This document shows, in pieces, positions 30,090-40,151 of a DNA stretch of 64,000 nt. Each line of letters starts with the position of its first letter. Within the stretch, counting starts at the first letter, position 1. The notes under the pieces are model-generated. The model made no database searches, had not been told where the DNA came from, and was given only the letters and a program-made list of their open reading frames with translations. The position numbers were made by a program, and so were the translations under genes. The DNA is taken from assembly GCA_963845565.1 (NCBI GenBank), contig CAWJSJ010000002.1:1920001-1984000 (forward strand), written 5' to 3'. The DNA comes from an uncultured Methylomirabilota bacterium. Its GTDB lineage: Bacteria; Methylomirabilota; Methylomirabilia; Methylomirabilales; 2-02-FULL-66-22.

Positions 30090-30152
30090 CCGGTTGGAGC
30101 TTGCGCTGAATACTTCCTTCGCTGGCCCGCGACCGGCCGGGCAGCCTTTCAG

Positions 30153-30343
30153 GTGGGCAAAACCCCACCGTGGGCAAATGCCCACGCTTCGCGACGGACA
30201 GCCGCGGCGCTGAGGATCTCTTGCGTAGGCGGTCGTGACGGACGATTGACTCCCAACCTGTTGATTTCATTCAATCGAATACCGTGACGGAATCCGGTAT
30301 GGACGATCGGCGTCGGCCGCCAGTTTCTGGCATTCTCTTTGCT
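30153..30343 (+). promoter_or_regulatory. sigma-54 promoter with tandem enhancer palindromes and IHF site
   Basis: GTGGGCAAAACCCCAC (30153) and CGTGGGCAAATGCCCACG (30169); IHF consensus AATCAACAGGTTG (minus, 30254-30266); TGGCATTCTCTTTGCT (30328). Confidence 0.75.
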
Positions 30344-30456
30344 TTAAGGTCTCTCCGTCAGAAGAGACGCGCTGCGCGGTGCCAGAAGAGCCAGGCAGGG
30401 GATTTCGGACGGCGTTGACTTCAGCGGGTACATAATCCGCAAGGGAGGATTGGACG

Positions 30457-31152
30457 ATGAAAGCGAAACTTCGAACCCTCATGTTGATGGTCGTGGCGTT
30501 CCTGGTCGTGCCGTTCCTGGCCGACCTTCACGTTCCCTTCGGTTCGGGTGACAATGGCGTCGCCTTTGCCAAGGATGGCGGCGGCGGTGGCGACAGCGGT
30601 GGCAGCGGCGGGGGTTCCGGCAGCGGAGGTAGCGGCTCCGGCAGCGGCGACAGCGGGGGCCATGGGGGCGACAGCAGCGGCCATGGCGGGAGCGGCAGCA
30701 GCGGTCACGGTGGGAGCGACAGTGGGGGCCGCGGAAGTGACAGCAGCGGCCATGGTGGTTCGTCCGGCCACAGCGCGGACTCGTCGCGAGGCGGTGAAGG
30801 ACAAGGGCAGGGCCGTGATGGCGGCCTTGGCCATGGCCACTCCGGCCGCGGCACAGGGAACAGTGTCTCAGAAGCCGCCACTTCGACCGCCCACGGCGGG
30901 CGAGCGGCTGCCCAGGAGGCCGGTGCGCGTAATCTGGGTGGGGCCGTGAGCTCGGCGGTTCACGAGGCGCAACAGGCCCGCGACCAGGATCGTACCCGCG
31001 ACCAGGATCGTACCCGCGACCAGGATCGTACCCGCGACCAGGATCGTACCCGCGAAACGGAGACTCGGCGCGAGGTTGAGGCGCGTCAGCGAGAGGTCGA
31101 GGCCGAGAACCGCGACATTGGCAGGGTGAGTGGGGCGACGGTTCCCCGCTAA
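30457..31152 (+). CDS. Secreted Gly/Ser/His-rich low-complexity protein with RDQDRT repeats
   Basis: RBS GGAGG; signal peptide ending AFA; SSGHGG-like units; GGAVSSAV motif. Confidence 0.75.
   Translation: MKAKLRTLMLMVVAFLVVPFLADLHVPFGSGDNGVAFAKDGGGGGDSGGSGGGSGSGGSGSGSGDSGGHGGDSSGHGGSGSSGHGGSDSGGRGSDSSGHGGSSGHSADSSRGGEGQGQGRDGGLGHGHSGRGTGNSVSEAATSTAHGGRAAAQEAGARNLGGAVSSAVHEAQQARDQDRTRDQDRTRDQDRTRDQDRTRETETRREVEARQREVEAENRDIGRVSGATVPR
30979..31055 (+). repeat. Perfect 18-bp tandem repeat x4
   Basis: CGCGACCAGGATCGTACC x4 plus a partial copy. Confidence 0.95.
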
Positions 31153-31270
31153 CGTATGACTGGGATATGCGGGCCGAACCCGAACGGACGACAACGGGTT
31201 CGGCCCTTCAAGTCACACATCGCCACCACGGCGACACAACATTGGATGGAGAAATGGGGGCTGGCCGGTC

Positions 31271-32059
31271 ATGACGACCCCGATGAGAAGTCGCTTCACC
31301 CGATTCGCACTGGTTCTTGCTGTGACCCTCGGCGTCGGCTTCGCTACGAGCGGCTGCGTGGCCATGGCACAAAGCCTTCAGGCCCAGCGGAGCTACGACC
31401 AGGGGTTGGAGCGCTACAAGGCCAGGGACTATGCCGGTGCGATCCCGCACCTCGAGAAAGCGCTTAGTGCGCAACCGGATTTCGACGAGGCCGAGGTGTC
31501 GCTGGCCTGGAGTTACTATCACGTCGCGAAGTATCCCGAGGCGACCAGGCACTTCCGACAAGCCCTCGCGCGCAAGCCGCAGTGGGAAGGTGCCCACGAC
31601 GGCCTGGGATGGACCCGGTATCGGGTTGGGCGCTATCATTTGGCGCTGGAGTCTTTCCGCCAGGCGCTCGCCCTGGATCGCAACTACCGCGATGCCGCCG
31701 TAGGGTATGCCTACGCGCTATTCGAACTGGGCCGATACGCGGAGGCCGTGTCCCACCTGGAGCGACTCACCAAGGACGGGGAGGGTGGTCTGCTTAAGAG
31801 CCCGGTCTCCGATGTCGAGGATGTCCGGTCTCGTTATGCCTGGACGCTCTTCTACCTCGGGGACTACGCCAAGGCGCGGGAGCAATTCACCAAGGGCATC
31901 GCCGCCCGGCCGGAGTGGTCCGGCCTCCATAACGGACTCGGCTGGACCTTCCTCCGACTCGGCGACAAGGTTCAGGCGCGACGCGCCTTCCAGCGGGCTG
32001 TGGACCTGAAGCCGGACCTGGCGGATGCCAGAGAGGGGATGGCACAACTCCAGCCCTGA
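31271..32059 (+). CDS. TPR-repeat lipoprotein
   Basis: Lipobox TSGC; multiple TPRs (AHDGLGWT, LHNGLGWT). Confidence 0.88.
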   Translation: MTTPMRSRFTRFALVLAVTLGVGFATSGCVAMAQSLQAQRSYDQGLERYKARDYAGAIPHLEKALSAQPDFDEAEVSLAWSYYHVAKYPEATRHFRQALARKPQWEGAHDGLGWTRYRVGRYHLALESFRQALALDRNYRDAAVGYAYALFELGRYAEAVSHLERLTKDGEGGLLKSPVSDVEDVRSRYAWTLFYLGDYAKAREQFTKGIAARPEWSGLHNGLGWTFLRLGDKVQARRAFQRAVDLKPDLADAREGMAQLQP

Positions 32060-32265
32060 CAGCCGCGACGATCGCTCCGCCGTTGCCGGGGTGTCCGCGC
32101 CACGGTTTTCTTGTTCGCGGCACTGACTCGTTCGGAAGGAGAGGCGGCGCGTTGTCCGACGATGTCTCGGGACCACTCGCGGTTCCGAAGGTCGAATTCT
32201 CCGAACGAGCGGCTGGGAGTCTTCCAGTTGACTGGGATGGGCGAGTCTGCCATGCTCGCTCCAAG

Positions 32266-33711
32266 ATGAGGGCGTGGCCTTTTGGGCGATGGAAGACCGG
32301 TTTGGCGCTGACCCGCCAGTTCGCCGTCCTGAGTTTTCTCGTCATCGGTCTGATCACGGCGGCGCTGTCGGCCGTCATGTCCAACTCCCTCCGGAAAGAC
32401 CTCCTCGACCGGGAATGGAGCACCACGGCCGATTATATCCGCACGGGCATCCTTACCCACTTATCCCCCGATGACTTTCTCCAGCCAAACGCCGACGCCT
32501 CCCGGGAGCATTTCGAAGCGCTGTACACGCAGGGCGTGGCGATGCCCGAGATCGTACGGGTCAAGCTCTACGACGCCGACATGCGAGTCGTCTGGTCGGA
32601 CGAGCCGCGCCTGATCGGCGAGCGGTTTGCGGACAACCCGCATCTCGCCAAGGCGCTCACCGGGCAGACCGTGGTCAGCCTGGAGGGGGACGAGCGCAAG
32701 GAGGAGAACCGGTACGAGGGGAACGAGTTCGCCCGGCTGGTGGAGGTCTACGTGCCGGTGGTGTTCCCCGGTTCGTCCCGGGTGATCGGTGTGGTGGAGA
32801 CCTACAAGCTCCCGACCCAGGTGTTTGCCAGCATCCGGAAAGCGCAGCTCACCGTGGTGGGCGCCAGCGCTGCCGGTGGCGTTCTCTTGTATCTCTCGCT
32901 CTTCTGGATCGTCCGCCGCGCCTCCCGCCGGATTGATGAGCAGCATCGAAACCTGGAGAACCGCGGGCGAGAGCTGGCGCGGGCCAACGAGGAGCTCACG
33001 GCGGTGCAAGGCCAGCTCTTGGAGGCGGAGCGCCTGGCGGCGATCGGCGAGGTGGTGACGGCGGTCGCCCACGGAATCCGGAATCCGCTCGCCAACATCC
33101 GGGCGGCGGCGCAGGTGGCGGGGCTGGGGTCGCGCGAGGGCGGACCGTCCGTCCCGTCCGCCAAACATCTTGCCAGCATCATGGCCGAGGTGGACCGGCT
33201 GGAGAGCCGGCTGAAAGAGTTGCTGCAGTTCGTGCGACCTGCGGATCGGGCGTACGTGCCGGTGGATCTCAACGCCGTCGTCGGCGAAGCCATTCAGATG
33301 GTGGCTGGCCGGATGGCGACGGCACAGGTGTCTCTCACCCGGACCCTGGCGGTCGGCCTTCCGCCGGTGAGCGGGAACGGGATGCTCCTGGAACAGGTGG
33401 CGTTGAGTTTGCTGGCCAACGCGGTCGAGGCGATGCCGCCCGGCGGCGGGACGATCAGCGTCACGACCGGTGCGGACGCGGAAGCCCGGGGCGTCTTTCT
33501 CGAGGTGCGTGACAGCGGAGTCGGTATCGCTGCCGAGAGACTCCCGAAGCTCTTCACGGCCTTCTACACGACGAAAGCGCAGGGAACGGGTCTGGGGCTT
33601 GCGATTGCCAAGAAGTTCACCGAGGCGCACGGCGGAACCATCGCGGTGTCCAGCCAGGCGGGCGCGGGCGCCACCTTTCGTGTGACGCTGCCCGCGCACA
33701 GGGAGGCGTGA
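32266..33711 (+). CDS. Sensor histidine kinase (start uncertain)
   Basis: Two TM helices, AHGIRNPL, NAVEAM, GTGLGL. Confidence 0.9.
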   Translation: MRAWPFGRWKTGLALTRQFAVLSFLVIGLITAALSAVMSNSLRKDLLDREWSTTADYIRTGILTHLSPDDFLQPNADASREHFEALYTQGVAMPEIVRVKLYDADMRVVWSDEPRLIGERFADNPHLAKALTGQTVVSLEGDERKEENRYEGNEFARLVEVYVPVVFPGSSRVIGVVETYKLPTQVFASIRKAQLTVVGASAAGGVLLYLSLFWIVRRASRRIDEQHRNLENRGRELARANEELTAVQGQLLEAERLAAIGEVVTAVAHGIRNPLANIRAAAQVAGLGSREGGPSVPSAKHLASIMAEVDRLESRLKELLQFVRPADRAYVPVDLNAVVGEAIQMVAGRMATAQVSLTRTLAVGLPPVSGNGMLLEQVALSLLANAVEAMPPGGGTISVTTGADAEARGVFLEVRDSGVGIAAERLPKLFTAFYTTKAQGTGLGLAIAKKFTEAHGGTIAVSSQAGAGATFRVTLPAHREA

Positions 33712-33714
33712 AGG

Positions 33715-35112
33715 ATGTCACCCCACATCCTGGTTGTGGAGGACGAGACGATCCTGGGGGACTCCATCTGTACCTTTCTGGAGCACCACGGGTACATGAC
33801 GTCCGTGGCCCGGTCCGGCGAGGACGGGGTCCGGCTGGCGGAGGAGAACAGCCCCGACGTCGCCATCGTGGACATCCGGCTGCCGGGCCTGGATGGCCTC
33901 AGCGTCCTCCGGAAGTTGCGGGAGGTCTCGGCGGGCACCGAGGTGGTGATGATGACGGCGCACGCGTCGGTCGGCTCGGCCGTGGAGGCGATGAAAGGCG
34001 GCGCCTTCGACTACCTCACCAAGCCGCTGGACCTGGATGAGGTGCGGGTGGTGGTGGACAAGGCTCTGGCTCACCAACGCATGCGCCGGGAGCTGACCTA
34101 CCTGAAGGCGCGGGAGGAGACGGGAGGCCACACCGCCGAGATTCTGGGAGAGTCCCCGGCGATCCGCCTGCTTCGCCAGCAGATCGTGCGGATCGCGGCC
34201 CTGGAGTCGCCCGAGGGCGGCGCACCCACGGTCCTGATTCGGGGTGAGACCGGAGCGGGGAAAGAGATGGTGGCACGCGCCATCCACTACGGCAGCCCGA
34301 GAGGCAAGGGACCGTTCGTGGAGATCAACTGCGCCGCCATCCCCTCGTCCCTCCTGGAGGCGGAACTGTTCGGCTACGAGAAGGGCGCGTACACGGATGC
34401 GCGGACCGCCAAGCCGGGCCTCTTCGAGGCAGCGGACGGCGGCACGCTGTTCCTGGACGAGATCGGCCACATGGAGCTGGGGCTTCAGGTGAAGCTCTTG
34501 AAGGCCATCGAGGAGAAGTCGGTCCGCCGGGTGGGCGGCCTGCGGCCGAAAACGTTCAATGCCCGGATCGTGGCGGCGACCAACCGGGACCTGGAGGCGG
34601 CCATCGCCGAGGGGGCCTTCCGGCCCGACCTCTATTACCGGATCAAAGGTCTCACCTTGGAGATCCCGCCCCTTCGGTCGCGAGGGAACGACATCGTGCT
34701 TCTGGCCACGCATTTTCTGGAGCGCTTCACCCGGCAGTACGGCCTGCCCCCCAAACGCTTGGCTCCGGAGGCGGAGGTGTTGCTCCTGACCTACGCATGG
34801 CCAGGCAACGTTCGGGAGTTGGCGCATCTGATGGAGCGGGCGATCCTGCTTCACGACGGGTCCACGATCGCCGCGGAGCACCTCGGCCTCTCAGGGGGCA
34901 AGACGACGGCGTCGGTGCAAGTCGGCCCGGAGGGGGTCCGGGTGGATTTCTCGACGGGGGGGATTCAGTTGGACGAGGTGGAACGCCAGCTAATCCTCGA
35001 AGCGTTGCGGGTCGCGGCGTGGAATCGAGGGCGGGCGGCGCAGTTGCTGGGAATCTCCAAGGAAACCCTCCGGTACCGCACCGAGAAACACCAGCTCCAA
35101 CCTCCCGTGTGA
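33715..35112 (+). CDS. sigma-54-dependent response regulator
   Basis: REC, GETGAGKE, GAYTDA, WPGNVREL, HTH. Confidence 0.95.
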   Translation: MSPHILVVEDETILGDSICTFLEHHGYMTSVARSGEDGVRLAEENSPDVAIVDIRLPGLDGLSVLRKLREVSAGTEVVMMTAHASVGSAVEAMKGGAFDYLTKPLDLDEVRVVVDKALAHQRMRRELTYLKAREETGGHTAEILGESPAIRLLRQQIVRIAALESPEGGAPTVLIRGETGAGKEMVARAIHYGSPRGKGPFVEINCAAIPSSLLEAELFGYEKGAYTDARTAKPGLFEAADGGTLFLDEIGHMELGLQVKLLKAIEEKSVRRVGGLRPKTFNARIVAATNRDLEAAIAEGAFRPDLYYRIKGLTLEIPPLRSRGNDIVLLATHFLERFTRQYGLPPKRLAPEAEVLLLTYAWPGNVRELAHLMERAILLHDGSTIAAEHLGLSGGKTTASVQVGPEGVRVDFSTGGIQLDEVERQLILEALRVAAWNRGRAAQLLGISKETLRYRTEKHQLQPPV

Positions 35113-35175
35113 CCGGAACGCTCTCCGCCTGTTAAACGCCGCGCCACCGGCGGGGGCGGCGAAGGGCGAAACGCG

Positions 35176-36522
35176 TCAGGCCTCCGTGCCGCCGGTGCAC
35201 GAGATGGCCGGCGGACTGCTCGCCGGCTGCGGGGAGACCCTCCGCGGCGGGCGTGAGAACGTCGGCATCGGGAAATCCTCTCCGCGCGCCTTGACCATTT
35301 CCTGTTTTTCCGCGGTGAATCCAATCTCTTCATCCGTCAGGTAGCAGGCCGGCTCCGGCGCCCACGGATCGTTGTGCACGAGGTCCGCGCGCACGCGCAT
35401 GGCGCCGCCGCAGGCGTCGAACCATCTACAGATGCCGGGCGCGCAGCGTCCCTTGATCTTGGCTCGTCGATCTTTCAGGCCTGCCATCAGCGGATCCGAG
35501 GTGTCCGTCCAGATCCGGCTGAAGGGTCGCTGTCGCACGTTGCCGAAGGCGTAATGCATCCAGAACTGATCGGCATGGACGTTGCCCTGAAAGTCGATGT
35601 CTCCGATCCCCACGCCAGAGCTGTACATCCCGCCCCCGTTCCAGGTCAGAAGCTTCAGAACCTGTTCCGCCCGCGCCGGATCCTTATCGCGAAGCTTCAA
35701 ATACAGGTAAATCCCGTCCACGTGGTTATCCACGGTCAGGATTTCCTTGTTCAGACCCCGTCGGTGGAAATCTTCCGTGCGCTCCAGGATGACGTCGATG
35801 GCCTGGCGGGTCTCCTCGCGGGAGAGATCGTCGTCCGCAATCTGCCCGCCGCGGCCGGCGTAGACCAAATGGTAGAAGCAGGCTCGGTCGACGTGCTCGC
35901 GCTCGATGAAATCGAAGATCCCGTGGAGGTTGGCGAAGTTGTGCCGGGTCAGGGTCAAGCGGAGGCCGACCCGCTGGCCGACGCCGACGCACGCCTTGAA
36001 CCCGCGCACCGCGCGGTCGAAAGCGCCGCCCACCCCGCGAAACCGGTCATTGATCTCCCCGATCCCATCCAGGCTGATCCCGACGTAGGTAAATCCGGCG
36101 CGCTTGATTTGGCGAGCGGTGTCGTCGGTGATCAGCGTTCCGTTGGTGGACAGCGTCGGCCGGATCCCGAGGGAGCGGGCATGTTCGACCAGGTCGAACA
36201 GATCTGGCCGGGCCAGGGGTTCCCCCCCCGAGAAGAGGAGGGCGGGGATCTCGAAATCCGCGAGATCCCGGATGAGGGTCTTGCCTTCCTCCGTGGTCAA
36301 CTCGCCGCTGTACTTCTTGGCATCGGAGTCGGTATAGCAGTGAATGCAGCGCAGGTTACAGGTTCGGGTGACGTTCCAGACGGTGACCGGCCGTCGCTCG
36401 GCCGCCGTCTTCGAGGTCGGCGGCGCGCCGGGACCGACCTGGGGGCCTTGCCCGCCGTGACCGTATCGCAACCCGTCGCTCTCCGCCGTGCCGCCGCAAT
36501 ACAGCTTGCTGACGCTGATCAT
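35176..36522 (-). CDS. ahbC: Radical SAM 12,18-didecarboxysiroheme deacetylase (alternative heme biosynthesis)
   Basis: MISVSKLYCG..LRYG, VWNVTRTCNLRCIHCY, FYHLVYAGRG, TVDNHVDG, HADQFW. Confidence 0.85.
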   Translation of the reverse strand: MISVSKLYCGGTAESDGLRYGHGGQGPQVGPGAPPTSKTAAERRPVTVWNVTRTCNLRCIHCYTDSDAKKYSGELTTEEGKTLIRDLADFEIPALLFSGGEPLARPDLFDLVEHARSLGIRPTLSTNGTLITDDTARQIKRAGFTYVGISLDGIGEINDRFRGVGGAFDRAVRGFKACVGVGQRVGLRLTLTRHNFANLHGIFDFIEREHVDRACFYHLVYAGRGGQIADDDLSREETRQAIDVILERTEDFHRRGLNKEILTVDNHVDGIYLYLKLRDKDPARAEQVLKLLTWNGGGMYSSGVGIGDIDFQGNVHADQFWMHYAFGNVRQRPFSRIWTDTSDPLMAGLKDRRAKIKGRCAPGICRWFDACGGAMRVRADLVHNDPWAPEPACYLTDEEIGFTAEKQEMVKARGEDFPMPTFSRPPRRVSPQPASSPPAISCTGGTEA

Positions 36523-36759
36523 GGAGTCCCCCCGCTCGTGCCGCGCGCCCGTGTCGGTTCGGGCGCACCGGTATTGCCGACATCGTATTCCAGCAACATC
36601 GGGACCGCAACGGCTTTGGGGTCGGGGTACGACATTCCTCTTGACAGCGCGGTCGAAGACAGACATCTTCCAATGGAGAAGGCAACGCCTGCGGGAGCCC
36701 TCGCCGAACCGACACCGATCTCCCCGGGCGGTGCCGAAACAGCCGACCAGGTGCGTGGA

Positions 36760-38481
36760 ATGTACACGTCCCACTTTGGGCTCACCGAGGCGCCTTTCTC
36801 CCTGACCCCCAACCCTCGTTATCTCTACATGAGCGAGCGGCATCGCGAGGGGCTCGCCCATCTGCTCTACGGCATCCAGCAGCCCGGCGGTTTCGTGCAG
36901 CTCACCGGCGAGGTGGGAACCGGGAAGACCACGCTCTGCCGGTGCCTGCTCGAACATCTCACGCCCGACGTGGACATCGCCCTGATCCTCAACCCCCGGC
37001 TCACCGTGGTGGAATTCCTGGCCGCGGCCTGCGACGAGCTGCATGTCGCGTATCCCGCCAGCGGAGCCGCCAGCGTCAAGGTGCTGGTGGACGCGCTGCA
37101 CGGCTACCTCCTGCGCGCGCACGCGCACGGCCGACGCACGGTGCTGATCATCGACGAGGCGCAGAATCTCGACGCGGAGGTGCTGGAACAGATCCGCCTC
37201 CTGACCAATCTGGAGACGCCGGCCCAAAAGCTGCTCCAGATCATCCTGATCGGCCAGCCGGAGCTCATGCGGCTCTTGGAGCGGCAGGATCTCCGTCAAT
37301 TGGCGCAACGCATCACGGCGCGCTACCACCTGTTGCCCTTCTCGGCGCGCGACACGTATGCGTACGTCCGGCATCGGCTGAAGGTGGCGGGCGGGAACGA
37401 GGCACTGTTTACTCGGGCAGCGCTTCGATGGGTGCGCTGGTCGTCCGGGGGCGTGCCTCGGGTGATCAACGTTCTCTGCGATCGCGCGCTGCTCGGAGCC
37501 TACGCACACGACCAGCGCCGGATCGGCGCCGCCACGGTCCGTCAGGCCGCACGGGAAGTGTGGAAACCGGTCGCGACCGAACACCGCGCACGCCGCCTTG
37601 TATGGTGGCTCGGATTGAGCGCCCTGGGTCTCGCCGGCCTGGGCCTGGCGACCCTGGGGATTCCGGGCGGCGTCCCTTGGCCGTGGAAGACCGCGACGAC
37701 GCCCGCAACGGCGGTCGAGGCGACGGCGGCTCCGGCCGCGCCTCCGGCAGGGGACCAGCTCCCGGCACGTGACGTGACCGCGGTGGCGGCGGCTCCCGGC
37801 ACGGTTGAGGCGATCACGGTGAATGCCACCAGTCGCCCCGCCGCCACCGGCCCGCGGCTCGCCGACCTTCTGGCGGACCCGGCCACCCGCGGCGATGACC
37901 ATGACGCTTTCGTCAACCTCTACGCGCGCTGGAAAGTGGAGTACCGGAAGGCGAGCAGCGGTCTGGGCTGCGACGCCGGGCGGTCCGCAGGTCTCGAGTG
38001 TCTGTTTCGGGCCGGCACCTGGAGCAAACTGCGCCGATACGACATGCCGGTCATCCTCGAACTGACAGGACCGGCCGGCGACCGGCACCGCGCGGCCCTC
38101 GTGGCCCTGACAGAGGACAGCGCGACGCTGGCCATCGGACAGCGGGAATATGTCTTCTCGCTTGCAGAGATCGACCGGTTCTGGGACGGCGCCTTTATCC
38201 TGATCTGGAAGGCGCCCCCTATCCGGTCGCGCTTGATTTCGCAGGGAGTGCGCGGGCCGGAGGTGGAATGGCTGCGCCGGCACCTCGACGCACTGGACGG
38301 TCGAAAGACGGCAGGCTCCCCGTCCGATCTCTACGACGCGGACCTGGAGCGGCGGGTTATCGCCTTCCAGCGAAGTCGCGCCTTGGTTCCGGACGGGCGC
38401 GTCGGCGGCGAGACGCTGGCGCATCTGGTGCTGGCGGCACGAGGGCCGGATATCCCATCGTTGTCGGCCTCGACGCCGTAA
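36760..38481 (+). CDS. exeA: ExeA/GspA AAA ATPase with peptidoglycan-binding domain
   Basis: MYTSHFGL..PFSLTP, GEVGTGKT, IIDEAQNL, FQRSRALVPDGRVGGET. Confidence 0.92.
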   Translation: MYTSHFGLTEAPFSLTPNPRYLYMSERHREGLAHLLYGIQQPGGFVQLTGEVGTGKTTLCRCLLEHLTPDVDIALILNPRLTVVEFLAAACDELHVAYPASGAASVKVLVDALHGYLLRAHAHGRRTVLIIDEAQNLDAEVLEQIRLLTNLETPAQKLLQIILIGQPELMRLLERQDLRQLAQRITARYHLLPFSARDTYAYVRHRLKVAGGNEALFTRAALRWVRWSSGGVPRVINVLCDRALLGAYAHDQRRIGAATVRQAAREVWKPVATEHRARRLVWWLGLSALGLAGLGLATLGIPGGVPWPWKTATTPATAVEATAAPAAPPAGDQLPARDVTAVAAAPGTVEAITVNATSRPAATGPRLADLLADPATRGDDHDAFVNLYARWKVEYRKASSGLGCDAGRSAGLECLFRAGTWSKLRRYDMPVILELTGPAGDRHRAALVALTEDSATLAIGQREYVFSLAEIDRFWDGAFILIWKAPPIRSRLISQGVRGPEVEWLRRHLDALDGRKTAGSPSDLYDADLERRVIAFQRSRALVPDGRVGGETLAHLVLAARGPDIPSLSASTP

Positions 38482-38583
38482 GCCGTTGTCAACGAATAAC
38501 GTGACCGGAGAAATTCGGGAACGGCATAAGGAGCCGTAACGAAATCGCAAACAATGGACATGTTATTTCGTAACGGCTCCTAA
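38479..38583 (-). mobile_element. ~105-bp MITE-like element, copy 2
   Basis: Reverse-complement match to 27331-27436; shares TAA with the exeA stop. Confidence 0.8.
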
Positions 38584-38601
38584 TCGGACCCGAAAGAAGA
38601 G

Positions 38602-39374
38602 ATGTCGTACATCCTGGACGCGCTGAAAAAGGCTGACCGCGAGCGGAACCTGGCCAAGGTTCCGACACTGACGACCGTCCATGTCCCGGTCCTCACGACG
38701 GGGAGGCGGGTAGGCGTCTGGGCGGTCTGTCTTGACATTCCTGGCGGGCGGCGGCGTGTTCCTCTGGATGATGCGCCCATCGCCTCCGGCGGCCCCGGTT
38801 CCGGTGGCGGCATCCCGGACGGATGGCGGGACCACGGTGCCGGTGCGCGCGGCCGAACCGCCCCCCCCGGCGGCCCCGGAACCGGCGGCCGCGGCGATGC
38901 CGAGTTCTTCGCCGGCTCCGGGCGTGCCGGCGCCACCCGTGAAATCTGTTGGCGCCGGAAAACGGCCTGCGCCGCCGACTGTCGTGGAGAGGCCGCCTGC
39001 ACGACCGTCCGCTCCACGCGCGCCGGCCCCAGAGGCCGTCCCGCCCACGCAAACACAGGCGGCACAGGACGCCGTGGCGCCACCGATGCCACCGTTACCC
39101 GTGCGACCGGAGCCCGTGCCCAGCCAGGGTGCCGCCCGGCCTGGTGCACCGGCGCCCCCCTTCCGCCGACCCCGCGATGCTGCGGGCGGCGCTGGCGAAG
39201 ATGACGCTTGATGTTTTCGTGTACACGGACGTCGAAGCCGATCGTCTGGTCGTCATCAATGGCAGGCGATATACCAAGGGACAGTACGTCGACGGTCTTT
39301 ATCTCATTGATAACATTACCCCAGAAGGGGTGGCGCTGAGTTACCAGGGGGAGCAAGCGGTCCTCCGACCCTAG
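38602..39374 (+). CDS. gspB: GspB/ExeB type II secretion protein B, apparent frameshifts ~38731 and ~39170
   Basis: MSYILDALKKADRER; TM plus Pro-rich linker; LDVFVY..RLVVINGRRY..ITPEGV. Confidence 0.82.
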
Positions 39375-39644
39375 TCGGGCTCGGCTGCCGGGACGTGCGA
39401 CTGAATGAACGAGGCCGACCGGACATTCAGTCTCTACGTTAAACCCCTTCGGGGGTCGCTGGTCTAAGTCAATAGGGGTTATCGGGGTCGTGACTTCGTC
39501 TTCCAGGAACGGGTGTGAATATCTAGACATGTGCCGCGTCAGACCCCCTGAGGGGTGGAGACTGTCGAATACGGTATGTGGCGTGTAACCGGGACGATTT
39601 GTGCTCGGCCAGAGTCCGACCGGGTCGCGCGTGAGGGCTTCGAC

Positions 39645-40142
39645 ATGAAAAAGATCATGTGGGCGCTTGTGCTGATGGGACTGCTTTTGGTCGGCTCGGC
39701 CGTCCCCGCCGAGGTTGCGGCGGGGGGTCCCGGTGGCCGGGGCGGAGGCGCCAGGGCGGCAGGAGGCGGATTCCACGGGGGCGGCGTCCGGTGGGCAGGC
39801 GGCGGGTGGCGCGGCGGAGCCCCGGGGTGGCACGGCGGGTGGCACGGGGGCACGCGGGTCGTCATCAGGGGTAGCGGTGGCTGGTGGGGGGGGCCAGTGT
39901 GGTGGGGTGGCCCAGGCTGGTGGGGATCCCCAGGCTGGTGGGGTGGCCCAGGCTGGTGGGGGGGCGCGCCGCTCGTGGTGGTCCAGCCGCCGCCCACGGA
40001 GTTTATCCAGCAGGCGCCCACGCCTCCGCAGCAGTCCTACTGGTACTACTGCCAGAACGCGGGGGCGTACTTCCCGTACGTCAGGGAATGCCCCGGCGGG
40101 TGGATGCAAGTGGTGCCGTCGCCGAATCCGCCCGACCGGTAG
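39645..40142 (+). CDS. Secreted Gly/Trp/Pro-rich protein
   Basis: Signal peptide, WWGGPG repeats, YWYYC..YFPYVRECPGGW. Confidence 0.8.
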   Translation: MKKIMWALVLMGLLLVGSAVPAEVAAGGPGGRGGGARAAGGGFHGGGVRWAGGGWRGGAPGWHGGWHGGTRVVIRGSGGWWGGPVWWGGPGWWGSPGWWGGPGWWGGAPLVVVQPPPTEFIQQAPTPPQQSYWYYCQNAGAYFPYVRECPGGWMQVVPSPNPPDR

Positions 40143-40151
40143 GAGGGGAAG

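Noticed and set aside
30979..31055. Perfect 18-bp repeats as a CRISPR array
   Set aside because: No spacers, in-frame coding repeat, no cas genes
35176..38550. 1124-aa and 1035-aa overlapping antiparallel ORFs
   Set aside because: Each is a real gene (ahbC or exeA) extended through the stop-poor antisense frame of its divergent neighbour
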